DNA of 64,000 nucleotides, taken from NCBI RefSeq assembly GCF_004010195.1, contig NC_057760.1:1369606-1433605 (forward strand). The letters run 5' to 3'. The position numbers and the translations under genes are program-made. Under the pieces are notes generated by a model that had not been told where the DNA came from, did not search any database, and saw nothing but the letters and a program-made list of their open reading frames with translations. The stretch's first letter is position 1. Each line of letters opens with the position of its first letter. The DNA is from Chiloscyllium plagiosum. Taxonomy: Eukaryota. This document shows, piece after piece, positions 1 through 11,606 of this stretch.

Positions 1-62
1 GGGAGGGTCAGTGCTGAGGGAGTGGGCACTGAGGGAGGGTCAGTGCTGAGGGAGCACTGCAC
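1..62. repeat. End of a ~32-bp tandem repeat (gggagggtcagtgctgagggagtgggcact)
   Basis: Two copies with period 32; same unit as 59590-60180. Confidence 0.8.
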
Positions 63-204
63 GTTCACCCTGAGGGACGTGTTGATAAATAGTGACAGAG
101 ATAGGGAGGGAGTGTAGGGGGCTGGAGGGGGTGACAGAGAGCTGTGTGTAAATTATTTTAGCTGTAAAGTGAAGGGGTGCAGGGCACATTCTGAGAAATT
201 GAAA

Positions 205-537
205 TAGTGCCCAGGGATGTGCAGGTTAGGGTGGATTGGCCACATTACATTGTCCCATAGTGCCCAGGGATGTGCAGGTTAGGGTGGATTGGCCATGCTA
301 AATTGTCCCATAGTGCCCAGGGATGTGCAGGTTAGTTGAATTGGCTGTGCTAAATTGTCCCATACTGTCCAGGGATGTGCAGGTTAGTTGAATTGGCCAT
401 GATGTATTGCTCATAGTGTTAGGTGCTTTGGTCAGAGGGAAATGGGAATGGGTGGGTTCCTCTCCAGAGGTTAGGTGTGGAGCTGTTGGGCCGAAGGGCC
501 TGTTTCCACACTGTATGGAATGTAATCTAATCTAATC
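205..537 (+). mobile_element. HE1-like SINE 3' part with internal 53-bp tandem expansion
   Basis: Repeated gtgcaggttagggtggattggccatgctaaattgtcc; tail gggcctgtttccacactgt...(aatct)n. Confidence 0.8.
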
Positions 538-564
538 AGCTCAAGATGTCGTCCTGTTCTTATG

Positions 565-1560
565 AATTATTTTTTAAATAAATATTTTTTAAAAACTTTG
601 TGAAATCTTTTTCAAAACAACTGTATATGAAAAATGATACCAAAACGATATAGTTTACTGCAACAATGTCGTATCACAATACTATTAATAATACACTACC
701 TACTATTGTACCAGAACAAACATATCTACTTAACTTAATCTAAATTGCAAGCAAATTAAATAAAAGTTAAATGAAGCTGGATTCAAATTAGCTTAAATTA
801 CATTATATCGCATGACTGTATTCTATTGCACTCTCACACCTCCACCAAAGCTCCCAACCAGGGAGCACTAGTCATCGTACCCATATATCTTTTCCTCTCC
901 CCACCCCAGAGCCCCACGGATGCCCAAACTAATTCCCACGGCCCTAATTAATATTGCCCATGAGTCTGCGTCAATCTAATTTAGAAAGGGCTGTCACGTC
1001 TTATAAAACGGCTCCATTTTGTGGTGCACCATGTTTGTGAGGGTGGATTGGCCATGCTAAATTGTCCCGTAGTGCCCAGGGATGTGCAGGTTAGGGTGGA
1101 TTGGCCATGCTAAATTGTCCCATAGTGCCCCAGGGTTGTGCAGGTTAGGGTGGATTGGCCATGCTAAATTGTCCCATAGTACCCAGGGATCTTGGCGGTG
1201 AGATGCTGCTTTAGCGGCCTACGCCACCCCATAAGACCTGGATGGGGGTGGGGGTGTTTCCAATGTCCAATTCATTAAAATGTTCTTCCTTGCACAGCAG
1301 GTGAGAATGTGACACAGTCTCTTCCTCCTCCCCTCCCCTCCCCCCAACCCGGAGAGGGCAAATGTGGCCACCTCAGAAGCAGAAATACCGGGTCCACTTT
1401 GACCTTAATTCCCAGGATTTCCTTCAGATCCCTTACCGTGGCACTCCAGTATCTCCGGACCAAACGCAGCGTGTAAGATGACATTTTTTTTTACACTTGG
1501 GACGCTCCTCCTTAGCTAGCCCCTCTGACGCCCTTGATGAACCTTTTTATTTGGAGAGCC
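565..1560 (-). mobile_element. Degenerate L1-clade LINE 3' fragment, interrupted by SINE minisatellite 1040-1190
   Basis: Minus-strand peptide ...VRRYWSATVRDLKEILGIK... and ARKNIL-like motif resemble an L1 ORF2 C-terminus; T-rich tail near 570. Confidence 0.5.
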
Positions 1561-2649
1561 TGCATCTGGTTTCCTCAGAGCAGTGAACACTAAGGGTTGG
1601 AGGGGCAACATGACCGAGACGTGCAAAACAATGAGGGCGACCGATAGGGGTGACAGGGCCGAACTTTTCCCGTTGTTGGAGGGATCAATGAGTGAAGGGA
1701 GGTGTAGGTTTAAGGGAAAGGGGCAGGAGGTTTCGAGGGGAGATGAGGTTAGACTGTGTCACCCAGAGGCTGGTGGGGAAGCTGGGATTTGCTGGTTTGA
1801 AGATGCAGCAACCCTGATCACGTTGAAGAGAAGGACTGAGACGGGCACTTGCATGGGACGTGGCTGTACCTGACGGACCGAACGGCCTCTTTCTGTGCTG
1901 TAGATCTCTCGGGACCCCGTATGTATGAATGAATCTTCTCAAATAGATCATGATGGTGATTAGTACAAATACACACATTGCTGGATGCCCGCAAGATCGA
2001 TTTTTTTTATTGGGCACCTCACAGTCGTAGAGTCATAGAGATGTACAGCACGGAAACAGACCCTTCGGTCCAACCTGTCCATGCCGACCCAGATATCCCA
2101 ACCCAATCTAGTCCCACCTGCCAGCACCCGGCCCATATCCCTCCAAACCCTTCCTATTCATATACCCATCGAGTCAAGAGAAATTGTCAAAATTGTAGGC
2201 ACACAGAAACAGGAATAGGCCATTCAGCCCCTCTAGCCTGTTCTGACATTCAATGAGATCTTGGCTGATAGAGGTTGGGCAAGCTAGGATTTTGTTTTAT
2301 TTAAAGCGTGGGAGACTGAGGGGACATCTTATCGAGGTGTATAAGATCAGGAGAAGCAGGGATAGGGTGAATGCACTCAGTCTTTTCCCCCCCAGATTTG
2401 AGGATTCGAGGCAAGAATAAAAAGGGGGGGTCTGAAGGGCAACGTTTTTTACACAGAGGGTGGTACGCATCCGGAATGAGCTGCCCGTGGAAGTGGTTGA
2501 GGCGGGTACATTAACATTGAAAAGGCATTTGGCCAAGTACCTGGATAGGAAAGGTTCAGGAGGATATGGGCCGAGTGCAGGGAAGTGGAGTTAACGTGGA
2601 CGGACAATTTAGTTGGCATGGACCAGTGTGGGCCAAAGTTTGGGAAAGT

Positions 2650-3562
2650 TTGGCTCAGTGGTTAGCCGCCGGGGACCCGTGTTCGATTCCCGCCTCGGGG
2701 TGACTGTCTGTGTGAAGTTTGCAACATTCTCCCCCCGTGTCTGCATGGGTTTCCTCCGGGCGCTCCGGTTTCCTCCCACAGTCCAAAGACGTGCAGGTTA
2801 GGGTGGATTTGCCTTGCTAAATTGTCCAGTGGTGCCCTGGAATGTGCAGGTTAGGGTGGATTGGCCATGCTAAATTGTCCCATAGTGCCCTGGAATGTGC
2901 AGGTTCGGGATGATTGGCCATGCTAAATTGTCCCGTAGTGCCCAGGGATGTGCAGGTTAGGGTGGATTGGCCATGCTATAGTGCCCAGGGATGTGCAGGT
3001 TAGGGTGGATTGGCCATGCTGAATTGTCCCATAGTGCTATGGAATGTGCAGGTTCGGGTGGATTGGCCATGCTAAATTGTCCCATAGTGCCCAGGGATGT
3101 GCAGGTTAGGGTGGATTGGCCATGCTAAATTGTCCCATAGTGCTCTGGAATGTGCAGGTTCGGGAGGATTGGCCATGCTAAATTGTCCCGTAGTGCCCAG
3201 GGATGTGCAGGTTTGGGTGGATTGGCCATGCTAAATTGTCCCGTAGTGCCCTGGAATGTGCAGGTTTGGGAGGATTGGCCATGCTAAATTGTCCCGTAGT
3301 GCCCAGGGATGTGCAGGTTAGGGTGGATTGGCCATGCTAAATTGTCCCGTAGTGCCCTGGAATGTGCAGGTTAGGGTGGATTGGCCATGGGAAATTGTCT
3401 CGTAGTGCCCAGGGGTGTGCAGGTTAGGTGCATCAGTTTCAGGTGGATGTAGAGTCGTAGGGTAGGGGAATGGGTCTGGGTGGGTTAATCTTTGGAGGGT
3501 CGGTATGGACCCGTTGGGCCAAATGGCCTGTTTCCACACTGTGGGGATTGTATTCTAATCTA
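2650..3562 (+). mobile_element. HE1-like tRNA-SINE with about 12 internal copies of a 53-bp unit
   Basis: A/B-box head (ggctcagtggttag...gttcgattcc), body ggtttcctccggg, tandem 2791-3425, aatct tail. Confidence 0.85.
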
Positions 3563-3599
3563 AAGGGCCTGTCTTTGTGCTGTAGGAGTCTGTGAATTC

Positions 3600-5400
3600 C
3601 ACACACCTGCCTTCAGCCCATATCCCTTTGCCCAACAGCGACCTGGGTCTCTTCTCTGCCCTCTGCAACTAGATCTTCAACTTCCTGACCCACAGACGAG
3701 GCATTAACACCTCCTTCACACCGATAATTCTCCACACTGGTACCCTGTGAGGCTGCCTGCACACGTCAGTCCCTGTGCAGTCATGACCGCCCCGGCTAAA
3801 TTCCGTCCTAACGCCACCAAAAAGTCCCCTGACACCTCCCCCATCGTGGGCCGGATCACAAACAATGATGAGACAGTAATGGGAAAGTGGTCGCTGTAAA
3901 GATAACAATCTCTCCCTCGACAAAATTAAAAAGAGCGGGAAGCGCCCCTGACTACATCGATGGAGCTGAGGTGGAGATGGAGTCCACCCCCGTTGACACT
4001 ACAGTCAAGAAAGTACAACAACACCTCTATTGCCCAGGCTATTCAGCATGTCCATGAAGACTCTTACCAATTTTTGGGTGGCACGATGGCTCAGGGGTTA
4101 GCACTGCTGCCTCACAGCACCAGGGTCCCAGGTTCAATTCCAGCCCTCGGGCAACTATCTGTGTGGAGTTTGCACATTCTCCCCACAGTCCAAAGATGTG
4201 CAGGTCAGGTGAATTGGCTGTGCTAAGTTGCCTACCGTGTAAGGTGTATTAGTCAGAGGGAAATAGGTCTGGGTGCGTCATTCTTCGGAGGGTCGGCGTG
4301 GACTTGTTGGGCCGAAGGGCCCGTTTCCACACTGTAGGGAATCTCATTTTTATCCATGCGCCATAGAAGGCGTTCTATCCAAATGCATCACAACTTGGTA
4401 CGGCAACTGGACTGTAAGAAACTACAGAGAGTCATGAACACAGCCCAGTCCGTCACAGAAACCATCCCTCCATCCATGGACTCCATCTACACTTCCCACT
4501 GCCTCGGGAATACAGCCAACATCATCAAAGACTCCTCACCCCCACCCCGGTTATCATCTCTTCCAACCTCTTCCGTCAGGCAGTGGATACGAAAGCTTAA
4601 ACGCACGGGCCAACAGATTCAAGGACAGGGTCTTCCCCACTGTTATCAAACTTCTGAATGGACCCGGAGAAAGACCTCTGACCTTTATTGGTCAGAGCTT
4701 TGAGGATAGGAGAAAGTGAGGCCTGCAGATGCTGGAGATCAGAGTCAAGAGTGGGGTGCTGGAAAAGCACAGCTGGTCAGGCAGCATCCGAGGAGCAGGA
4801 GAGTCGACGTTTCGGGCATTCCTGATGAAGGGCTTTTGCCCAAAGCGTCGATTCTCCTGCTCCTCGGATGCTGCCTGACCTGCTGTGCTTTTCCAGCAAC
4901 ACAGTCTTGAGTTCTGGGCGGCACGGTGGCACAGTGGCTAGCACTGCTGCCTCACAGCACCAGAGACCCGGGTTCAATTCCCACCTCGGGGCAACTGCCT
5001 GTGTGGAGTTTGCACATTCTCTGCGTGGGTTTCCTCCGGGTGCTCCGGTTTCCTCCCAAGATGTACAGGGTTAGGGTGAATTGGCCACGCTAAATTGCCC
5101 GTAGTGTTCGGTGAAGGGGTAAACGTAGGGGAATGGGTCTGGGTGGGTTGCTCTTTGGAGGGTCGGTGTGGACTTGTTGGGCCGAAGGGCCTGTTTCCCC
5201 ACTGTAAGTAATCTAACACTTCTGAGCGGACCCCTCAAGTTTTAAATTTAATATCAATCTTGCTTTGTGCACCTTCTCTGCAGCTGTCGCATTGCATTCC
5301 TCGCTCTGTTCTATCACCTAATGCACTTTGTACGGAATGACACGCAGAACAAAACTTGTCACTGTGCCTAGGTACATGTGACAGTAATAAATCCAATCAA
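3600..5400 (+). mobile_element. Rex1/Babar-like LINE 3' fragment interrupted by two HE1 SINEs (4078-4345, 4917-5217) and a hammerhead-bearing element (4710-4905)
   Basis: Peptide KKLQRVMNTAQSVT...SMDSIYTSHCLGNTANIIKDSS resembles a Rex-type RT C-terminus; related piece at 33410-33610. Confidence 0.55.
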
Positions 5401-5939
5401 ACCCAACAAGTAACAAGGGTTCACCCACATATTGGAACAGGATGAGACTACTCAGCCCCTCAAATTCCGCTATTCAATGAGATCATTCTTGAACTGTGGA
5501 CTTTGATGTCTTTAGACGCAAGATGGAGCCGGATATGGTCGACTCCTGTGTGCAGATCTACGTTTCCTACAATTGTCTACACTCTTTACCTATTATTTAC
5601 TATCTATGCTACTTAACTCTGTGATCTGCCTGCATTGCTCGCAAGACAAAGCTTTTCACTGTGTCTCAGCACACGTGATAATAAATTCAATTCAATTTTC
5701 TGAACGAAAGTTTATCTACTGCGGATTTAAAATTAACAACTAATCCAGCGTCCACTGCTGCTTGTGGAATGTCATTCCAAATTTCCAGACCCCTTTATGC
5801 GTAAGTGCTGAGAACTGCCCCCAGTTCTCCAACTATGCCACCACCCCATCCAGTTCTAGAATCTCCAACCATTCGAAAGAACTTATCTTTATCTACTGTC
5901 TTTTCCTGCTAATATCCTGAAGTTTTTAATCTGATCAGT

Positions 5940-7050
5940 CATTGACGTAGAGTTAATGGAAACAGACCCTTCGGTCCAACCGACCATGTTCCCAAACTTA
6001 ACCAGTCCCACCTATCTGTGCTTAGCCCATTTCCCTCCAAACCTTTCCTTTTCAGGAACTTATCCAAATGTCTTTTAAACATTGTAATTGTACCCGCATC
6101 CACCACTTCCTCTGGAAGTTCATTCCACACACAAACAACTCTCTGTGTTTAAAACGTTGCTCTGCACCTCTCTCGTCTCACCTTAAAAATGTACCCTTTA
6201 GTCTTGAGATCTGCACTCGAGGGAAAAGATTCTTGTCATTTCCCTTATCTATGCCCCACATGATTTTTAAAACCTTTATAAGGTTAGATTAGATTCCCTG
6301 CAGTGTGGAAACAGGCCCTTCAGCCCAACAAGTCCACACTGACCCTCGGAAGAGTAACCCACCCAGACCCATTCCCCCACATCTATTAATGCACCTAACA
6401 CCATAGCCAATCCGCCTGACTTGCACATCTTTGGATTGTGGAGGGAAACCGGAGAACCCGGAGGAAACCGACGCAGACATGGGGAAGATGTGCAAACTCC
6501 ACACAGTCGCCTGAGGCAGGAATTGAACCCGGGTCCCTAGCACCGTGAGGCTGCAGTGCTAACCAGTGAATCACCCCTCGACCTCCTGGGCTCCAGTGAA
6601 ATGTAGTCCACACCTCTCCTTGTAACTCAAACCGTACATTCCCAGCAACATCTAGCTAAATCTCTTCTGAACCCTCTCCAGTTTAATAATATCCTTCTTG
6701 TAAGAGGGCGACCAGAATTGGATACAGTACTCCAGAAGAGGCCTCACCAATGTCCTGTACAACCTCAACATGACGTCTCAATTCCTGTACTCAAAGGTCT
6801 GAGCCAATGAAAGAACGTCTTCTTGATCGCCCAGTGATGCAAACTTCAAAGAATTATGTACCTGAGCCCCTGGGTCACTCTGTTCTACAACACTACCCAT
6901 TAACTGCGTACGTCCTGCCCACATTCATTTTCCCAAAATGCAACACCTCGCCTTTATCCCAATTAAAGGCCATCTGCCCATTGACCCAATTGGTCAAGAT
7001 CTCTTTGTCATCTTGGATAACCATCTTCACTGCCCACTTTGTGACCAATT
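5940..7050 (-). mobile_element. CR1 LINE 3' fragment with nested HE1 SINE (6285-6570, minus)
   Basis: WNELPEEVVDAGTITMFKRHLDKF CR1 ORF2 C-terminus on the minus strand. Confidence 0.75.
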
Positions 7051-7149
7051 TTTTAAGCGTCTCAATTGTAATTTAAGTTGGCAATTGTTGGATCTGTTGG
7101 ATGGAAGATTAAATCTCTGGTTTGGAAAAAGAGAGAGAGAGAGAAAATG

Positions 7150-8200
7150 GGTTGAGTGTGGGGGAGGGGAGATTGGAGACAGACAACAGGTTCGGTTGTA
7201 GCAACCAGATCAGCAAGTAGGGGAGAGAAACAAGAGGGCGCACCCCAACGGGAACGTCAATCAGAAGGGCGTGACCGCTGATTGGAGGAATGGTCGCTAC
7301 GTGAGGCGGACGGGACATCTGGACTGGTGCGCCGTGGCGTCCATCAAATGACAAGCCACGCCCACCCCACTTGGGCGGGGGGGGACGCGGTCGGAGTCGT
7401 TCGGTTGCGGGCGGAATCCAGGGGGCAACACAGCCATCGGACGAGACGTCATCTGCGATTGGAGAATGCGGGCGTCAAGTGGGCGGTCCCTCTATCGCCA
7501 TTGGCTAAATGAACAGTCCGTCACGAGTAGAACACGCCCCTCGCCGTACGTAAACAGGTCGTGAATTTCGCCGCGGGGGGGGCGGGGCGTGGTCACGGGC
7601 ACCCCGTCTCTGATTGGAGGAAAGGTACGCGGATGGGGCGGGGCCCCTCTCCTGAATGGACAGGAGGGACGTCCATCGAGCGGCAGTCACGCCTACCCCT
7701 CCAAATATGGTGTGGCGGGCAGCAAGTTTGGTTGCGAGGGTTAAAAAAGGCGGGCGAAGAGAGCGAGTCGGGTTGCACCGTGAGGGGGCGGGGAGGAAGA
7801 AGAAGTTGAGAGCCGCCATCTTGTGGAGGGTAGCGGCGCTTCCTCGGGGACCGCTTTTAAAAAACAATTACCTTCTCGACTTCTATTGCTGTCGGGGGTG
7901 GGTGGGTGGGGGGGAGGAGAGTCGTCCTCGGGCTTCGGATGTTCGCCCCCGGGGCGTGGGAGAGCGAAGCGCGTGATCGCCGCCTGTCACCCCAGGTGAG
8001 GTCCGGCGGGCCGGCCGCCCCGAAAATCGAGGCCCAGGCTTCGGGCTGGGCGGCTAGGCCGCGCTGGCTTTCCGACTCTTGATTTATTGCCCCGGGGGCG
8101 CGCCTGGAGAGTGTGGCCTCGGCGTTGCGTTGCGGACGGTGCCGTGTTCACGCTGCGGCGAGAGATGTCGAACCCCCTTTTTATTTTTGAGAGATTTGTT
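7150..8200 (+). promoter_or_regulatory. CpG-island promoter of ARNT, no obvious TATA box
   Basis: CpG-dense. Inverted CCAAT (ATTGG) at 7172, 7281, 7458, 7500, 7613; GC boxes GGGGCGGGG near 7580 and 7635; CRE-like GACGTCA near 7445; YY1 motif GCCGCCATCTTG 7812-7823. Confidence 0.85.
7810..7995 (+). other. ARNT: ARNT exon 1 (5'UTR, apparently non-coding; start approximate)
   Basis: Ends ...ACC CCA G|gtgagg, a strong donor positioned like human ...AAC CCC G|. The main frame has TGA at 7974-7976. Confidence 0.7.
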
Positions 8201-8339
8201 CACTTTCTGCACTTTCTGTCCTGTTTTAACTTTTACTCCCGTTTCCGCACCCCCTTCGGTTTCTTTTTTTTTGTTAAAATCCAATCCCGTTTACTGTAAC
8301 TTGCCAATATTTTCTGGTTGCCCCCCCCCCCGGCCACCT

Positions 8340-8484
8340 GATGCAATGAGGATTTTCAATGTCAACATGTCACGCTGCAGTTGCCTCCTCCCACCCTGCA
8401 GGAGGCGCTGTGGCCCCCCGATGCAATGAGGATTTTCAATGTCAACATGTCACGCTGCAGTTGCCTCCTCCCACCCTGCAGGAG
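8340..8484. repeat. Direct duplication, period 80, 65-bp identical core
   Basis: gatgcaatgaggattttcaatg...ccctgcaggag at 8340 and 8420. Confidence 0.9.
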
Positions 8485-8609
8485 TCGCTGTGGGTCCCCC
8501 TGGGCTGCTGTGTGTCTTTATGGTCTGACTTGTTGACGCCGGCGCGCGCTGTTGTCTGTTGTCGATGTCCATGTGGGTATTTCTGATGGGTGGTTTGTAT
8601 CCCCCCACG

Positions 8610-9125
8610 CGTAGAATCACTACAGCGTGGAATCGGGCCGTTCAGCCCGACCGGTCCGCGCCGACCCTCCGAAGAGAGGCCCGTCCAAACCCAACGCCCG
8701 TCGCTCTACACTTACCCCTGACCTGCACATCCCTGGGCACTACGGGACAATTTAGCCTGGCCAATCCATCCTAACCTGTACATCCCTGGGCACTATGGGA
8801 CAATTTAGCATGGCCAATTCACCCTAACCTGCACATCCCTGGGCACTACGGGACAATTTAGCATGGCCAATCCACCCTAACCTGCACATCCCTGGGCACT
8901 ACGGGACAATTTAGCATGTCCAATCCACCCTAACCTGCACATCCCTGGGCACTATGGGACAATTTAACATGACCGATCCACCCTAACCTGCACATCTTTG
9001 GATTGTGGGAGGAAACCCATGCAGACACTGTGAAAATGTGTAAACTCCACACACAGTTGCCCTGAGGCGGGAATGGAATGTGGGTCCCTGGTGCCGTGAG
9101 GCCGCAGTGCTAACCAAGTGTGCCC
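8610..9125 (-). mobile_element. HE1-like SINE with about 5 copies of the 53-bp unit
   Basis: Reverse-complement SINE head, body and tandem. Confidence 0.8.
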
Positions 9126-9329
9126 CCCCCCCCTTCCCCCCAGCCATGGCTGTCAAGACTCCAGCTATTTCTGATCTGGGAATCCAGGACTTGGCCCCTG
9201 TGCCTGTGAATTGAATTGCTTTGTTGTCACATCTACTGTCAACCATAAGACAGACAGGCAGGCAGGCAACCATAAGTTAGTCAGAAGATGGAGAAGTCAA
9301 TGTTTTGGGTGTCATCCTCTTTCAGGATG

Positions 9330-9559
9330 GTAAGAACAATGACTGCAGATGCTTGAAACCAGATTTCTGGATCAGTGGTGCTGGAAGAGCACAGCAGTTC
9401 AGGCAGCATCCGAGGAGCATCAAAATCGACGTTTCGGGCAAAAGCCCTTCATCACGATGTTGACTTTGATGAAGGGCTTTTGCCCGAAACGTCGATTTTG
9501 AAGCTCCTCGGATGCTGCCTGAACTGCTGTGCTCTTCCGGCACCACTGATCCAGAAATC
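9330..9559. mobile_element. Palindromic Penelope-like short element (family A) with hammerhead-like motifs and 16-bp TSD
   Basis: 93-bp inverted arms 9362-9454 and 9467-9559 (2 mismatches); atcctctttcaggatg at 9314-9329 and 9557-9572. Confidence 0.75.
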
Positions 9560-11578
9560 CTCTTTCAGGATGTCGACTTCCCCAGCTCCTGATGCTGCCT
9601 GGCTTGCTGTGTTCTTCCAGCCTCCTGCCTGTCATACTTTGGATTCTGCAGTGTTTTGTCTCCTGCCATTCAATCACGGCCAGTAAGTTTCTCAACCCTT
9701 CTCCTGCTTTCTCCCTGTAACTCTTCATCTCCTAAATACTCACAAACATATCTATCTCAGTCTCAAATATACTCAATGATCTGACCTCCCCAGCCTGCAG
9801 TGGTAATGAATTCCATGGTTTCACTCTTCTCTAGCTGAAGTTTCTCCTTATTTCCATTCTAAAAGGTCTTCCCTTCACTGTAAGGCTGTGCCCTCCATTC
9901 CTAGTCTCTCCTAACAATGGAATACCTTCCCAATATCCACTCTGTCCAGGCCATTCTATATGTTTCAGTTAAATAGCCCTCCGCCTTCTACACTCATGGA
10001 ATATAGACCCAGAGTCCTCAAATGTTAAGCTGTGTTAACTCTTGGGACCATTCTCATGAACCTCCTCTGGACATGCTCCAAGGCCAGTATGTCCTTCCTG
10101 ACATATGGCTTCTGGAACTACACACGTGTGGTCTGACCAGAGTCTCCGAAGTAGGTTCCTGCTTTGATATTCAGATCCTCTCAAAATAAATGCCGTCATT
10201 GCATTTGTCACCTTACCATGTCATCTTCGGTACCTTTGTACCTAAGTACAGTTTCTTTAGTTACAACATCTTAGAAAACAGAAATGAAATGTGCAGCGTT
10301 GTGCCAATAGATGTCCAGGAAGAAATGGTCTCCTGACCCATTCCACGCTGGCACCTAGTCTCTAGCCTCTAGCCTGCACTGGGCCTCCCCTCGAGGTTCC
10401 TGTCGCTTCGAAATTGTTCCAGCCTCTGGCGACTGTGTGTGTGTGGAGTTTGCACATTCTCCCTGTGTCTGTGTGGGTTTCCTCCCACAATCCAAAGATG
10501 TGCATGTCAGGAGAATTGGCATTATAGATTGCCCATAGTATGAGGCGCATTAGTCAGCGGGAGATGGGTCTGGGTGGGTTACTCTTTGGAGGGTCGGTTG
10601 GACTTGTTGGGCCGAAGGGCCTGTTTCTACACTGTAGGGAATATAATTGGCAACCCCTTATTCTTGGATTAGGCCTTCCTTTGCTCACCGTGAGGAAACT
10701 TCTCTGTCAAATCCCCAAAGAATCTTCAATGTTTCAATGAGATCTCCTTTCCTTCTCAACTCCAATGAGTTCAGGCCCTACCTACTCAAAGGCTCCTGAT
10801 AAGATGTTCCGTCCATACGTGGGATCTGCCAAACGAATCTTTTCTGGAATATCTCTGATGCCAGTCCATCCAGATAAGGGGCCCACAGCTGTTCACAGTA
10901 TTTTAGTGATCGTCTGACTCGTGCCTTGTATAGTTTCAGCACAGTCTGCCTACCTTTATATTCCATGCCCTTTGCTGCGAAGGTAAACATTTCATTTCCT
11001 ACCTCATTGCTCACTGTGTCAAAATAAATTGCACCTTTCGCCCCTCGCCCACTCCTTGTGATGAGTTTGTGTACATCTAGTGACTGACCTTGCTGCTGGT
11101 GGGAGCAATTTCTTCCCTCCTTCCCCTCAGTCCGAACCCCCTCATGACTGAATGCCTTAACTCCATTTTCCCCTTAATCTTTACCAGACTCCACTTGAAC
11201 CAATGTCTCTTAACCCTGGCTCTGTTCTGATAAATCTACCTCCAGGGTCATTGTCAGGCATTGGCATCCTAAACATCCGGGCCCAATGACCCAGGTTCAA
11301 AGATTTGTGCACGTGCATCTTCTGTCTCTATAGCATGCTCCGTCCCCTGCATTCTCCTTTTAAAGCTGCACCATTTCGATTAGCTTGCCTGTGCTCGTTC
11401 TGCCTGTATTGCCCTGAGAGTCTGTCGCTGTTTCTTGTTCATTGCCTTTTGAGTCTTGTATCATCAGTAAACTTCGAAGCCAGGCTTAAATGCAGATTGA
11501 CTAATTCCATGGAGTCAAGATTAAAGTGGTGCTGGAAAAGCACCGTAGATCAGGCAGCACCCGCCATTTCGGTGGTTC

Positions 11579-11606
11579 CTGATGAGGGGCTTTTGCCCGA
11601 AACGTT
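11579..11606 (+). ncRNA. Minimal type I hammerhead-ribozyme-like motif in a family A element (about 11520-11700)
   Basis: CTGATGA-G-GGGC-TTTT-GCCC-GAAA-CG-TT: intact core boxes and 4-bp helix II; helix I weak. Confidence 0.6.

Noticed and set aside
2791..3425. TTAGGG within the 53-bp unit as interstitial telomere
   Set aside because: Single hexamer per unit, not tandem telomeric repeat.
4917..4990. tRNA-like sequences with A/B boxes (many copies)
   Set aside because: They are SINE heads followed by SINE body and tail, not tRNA genes.
7505..7867. Minus-strand ORF containing MAALN..., possible head-to-head gene
   Set aside because: The ATG is part of the YY1 motif; no recognisable protein and no downstream exons found in 1-7200.
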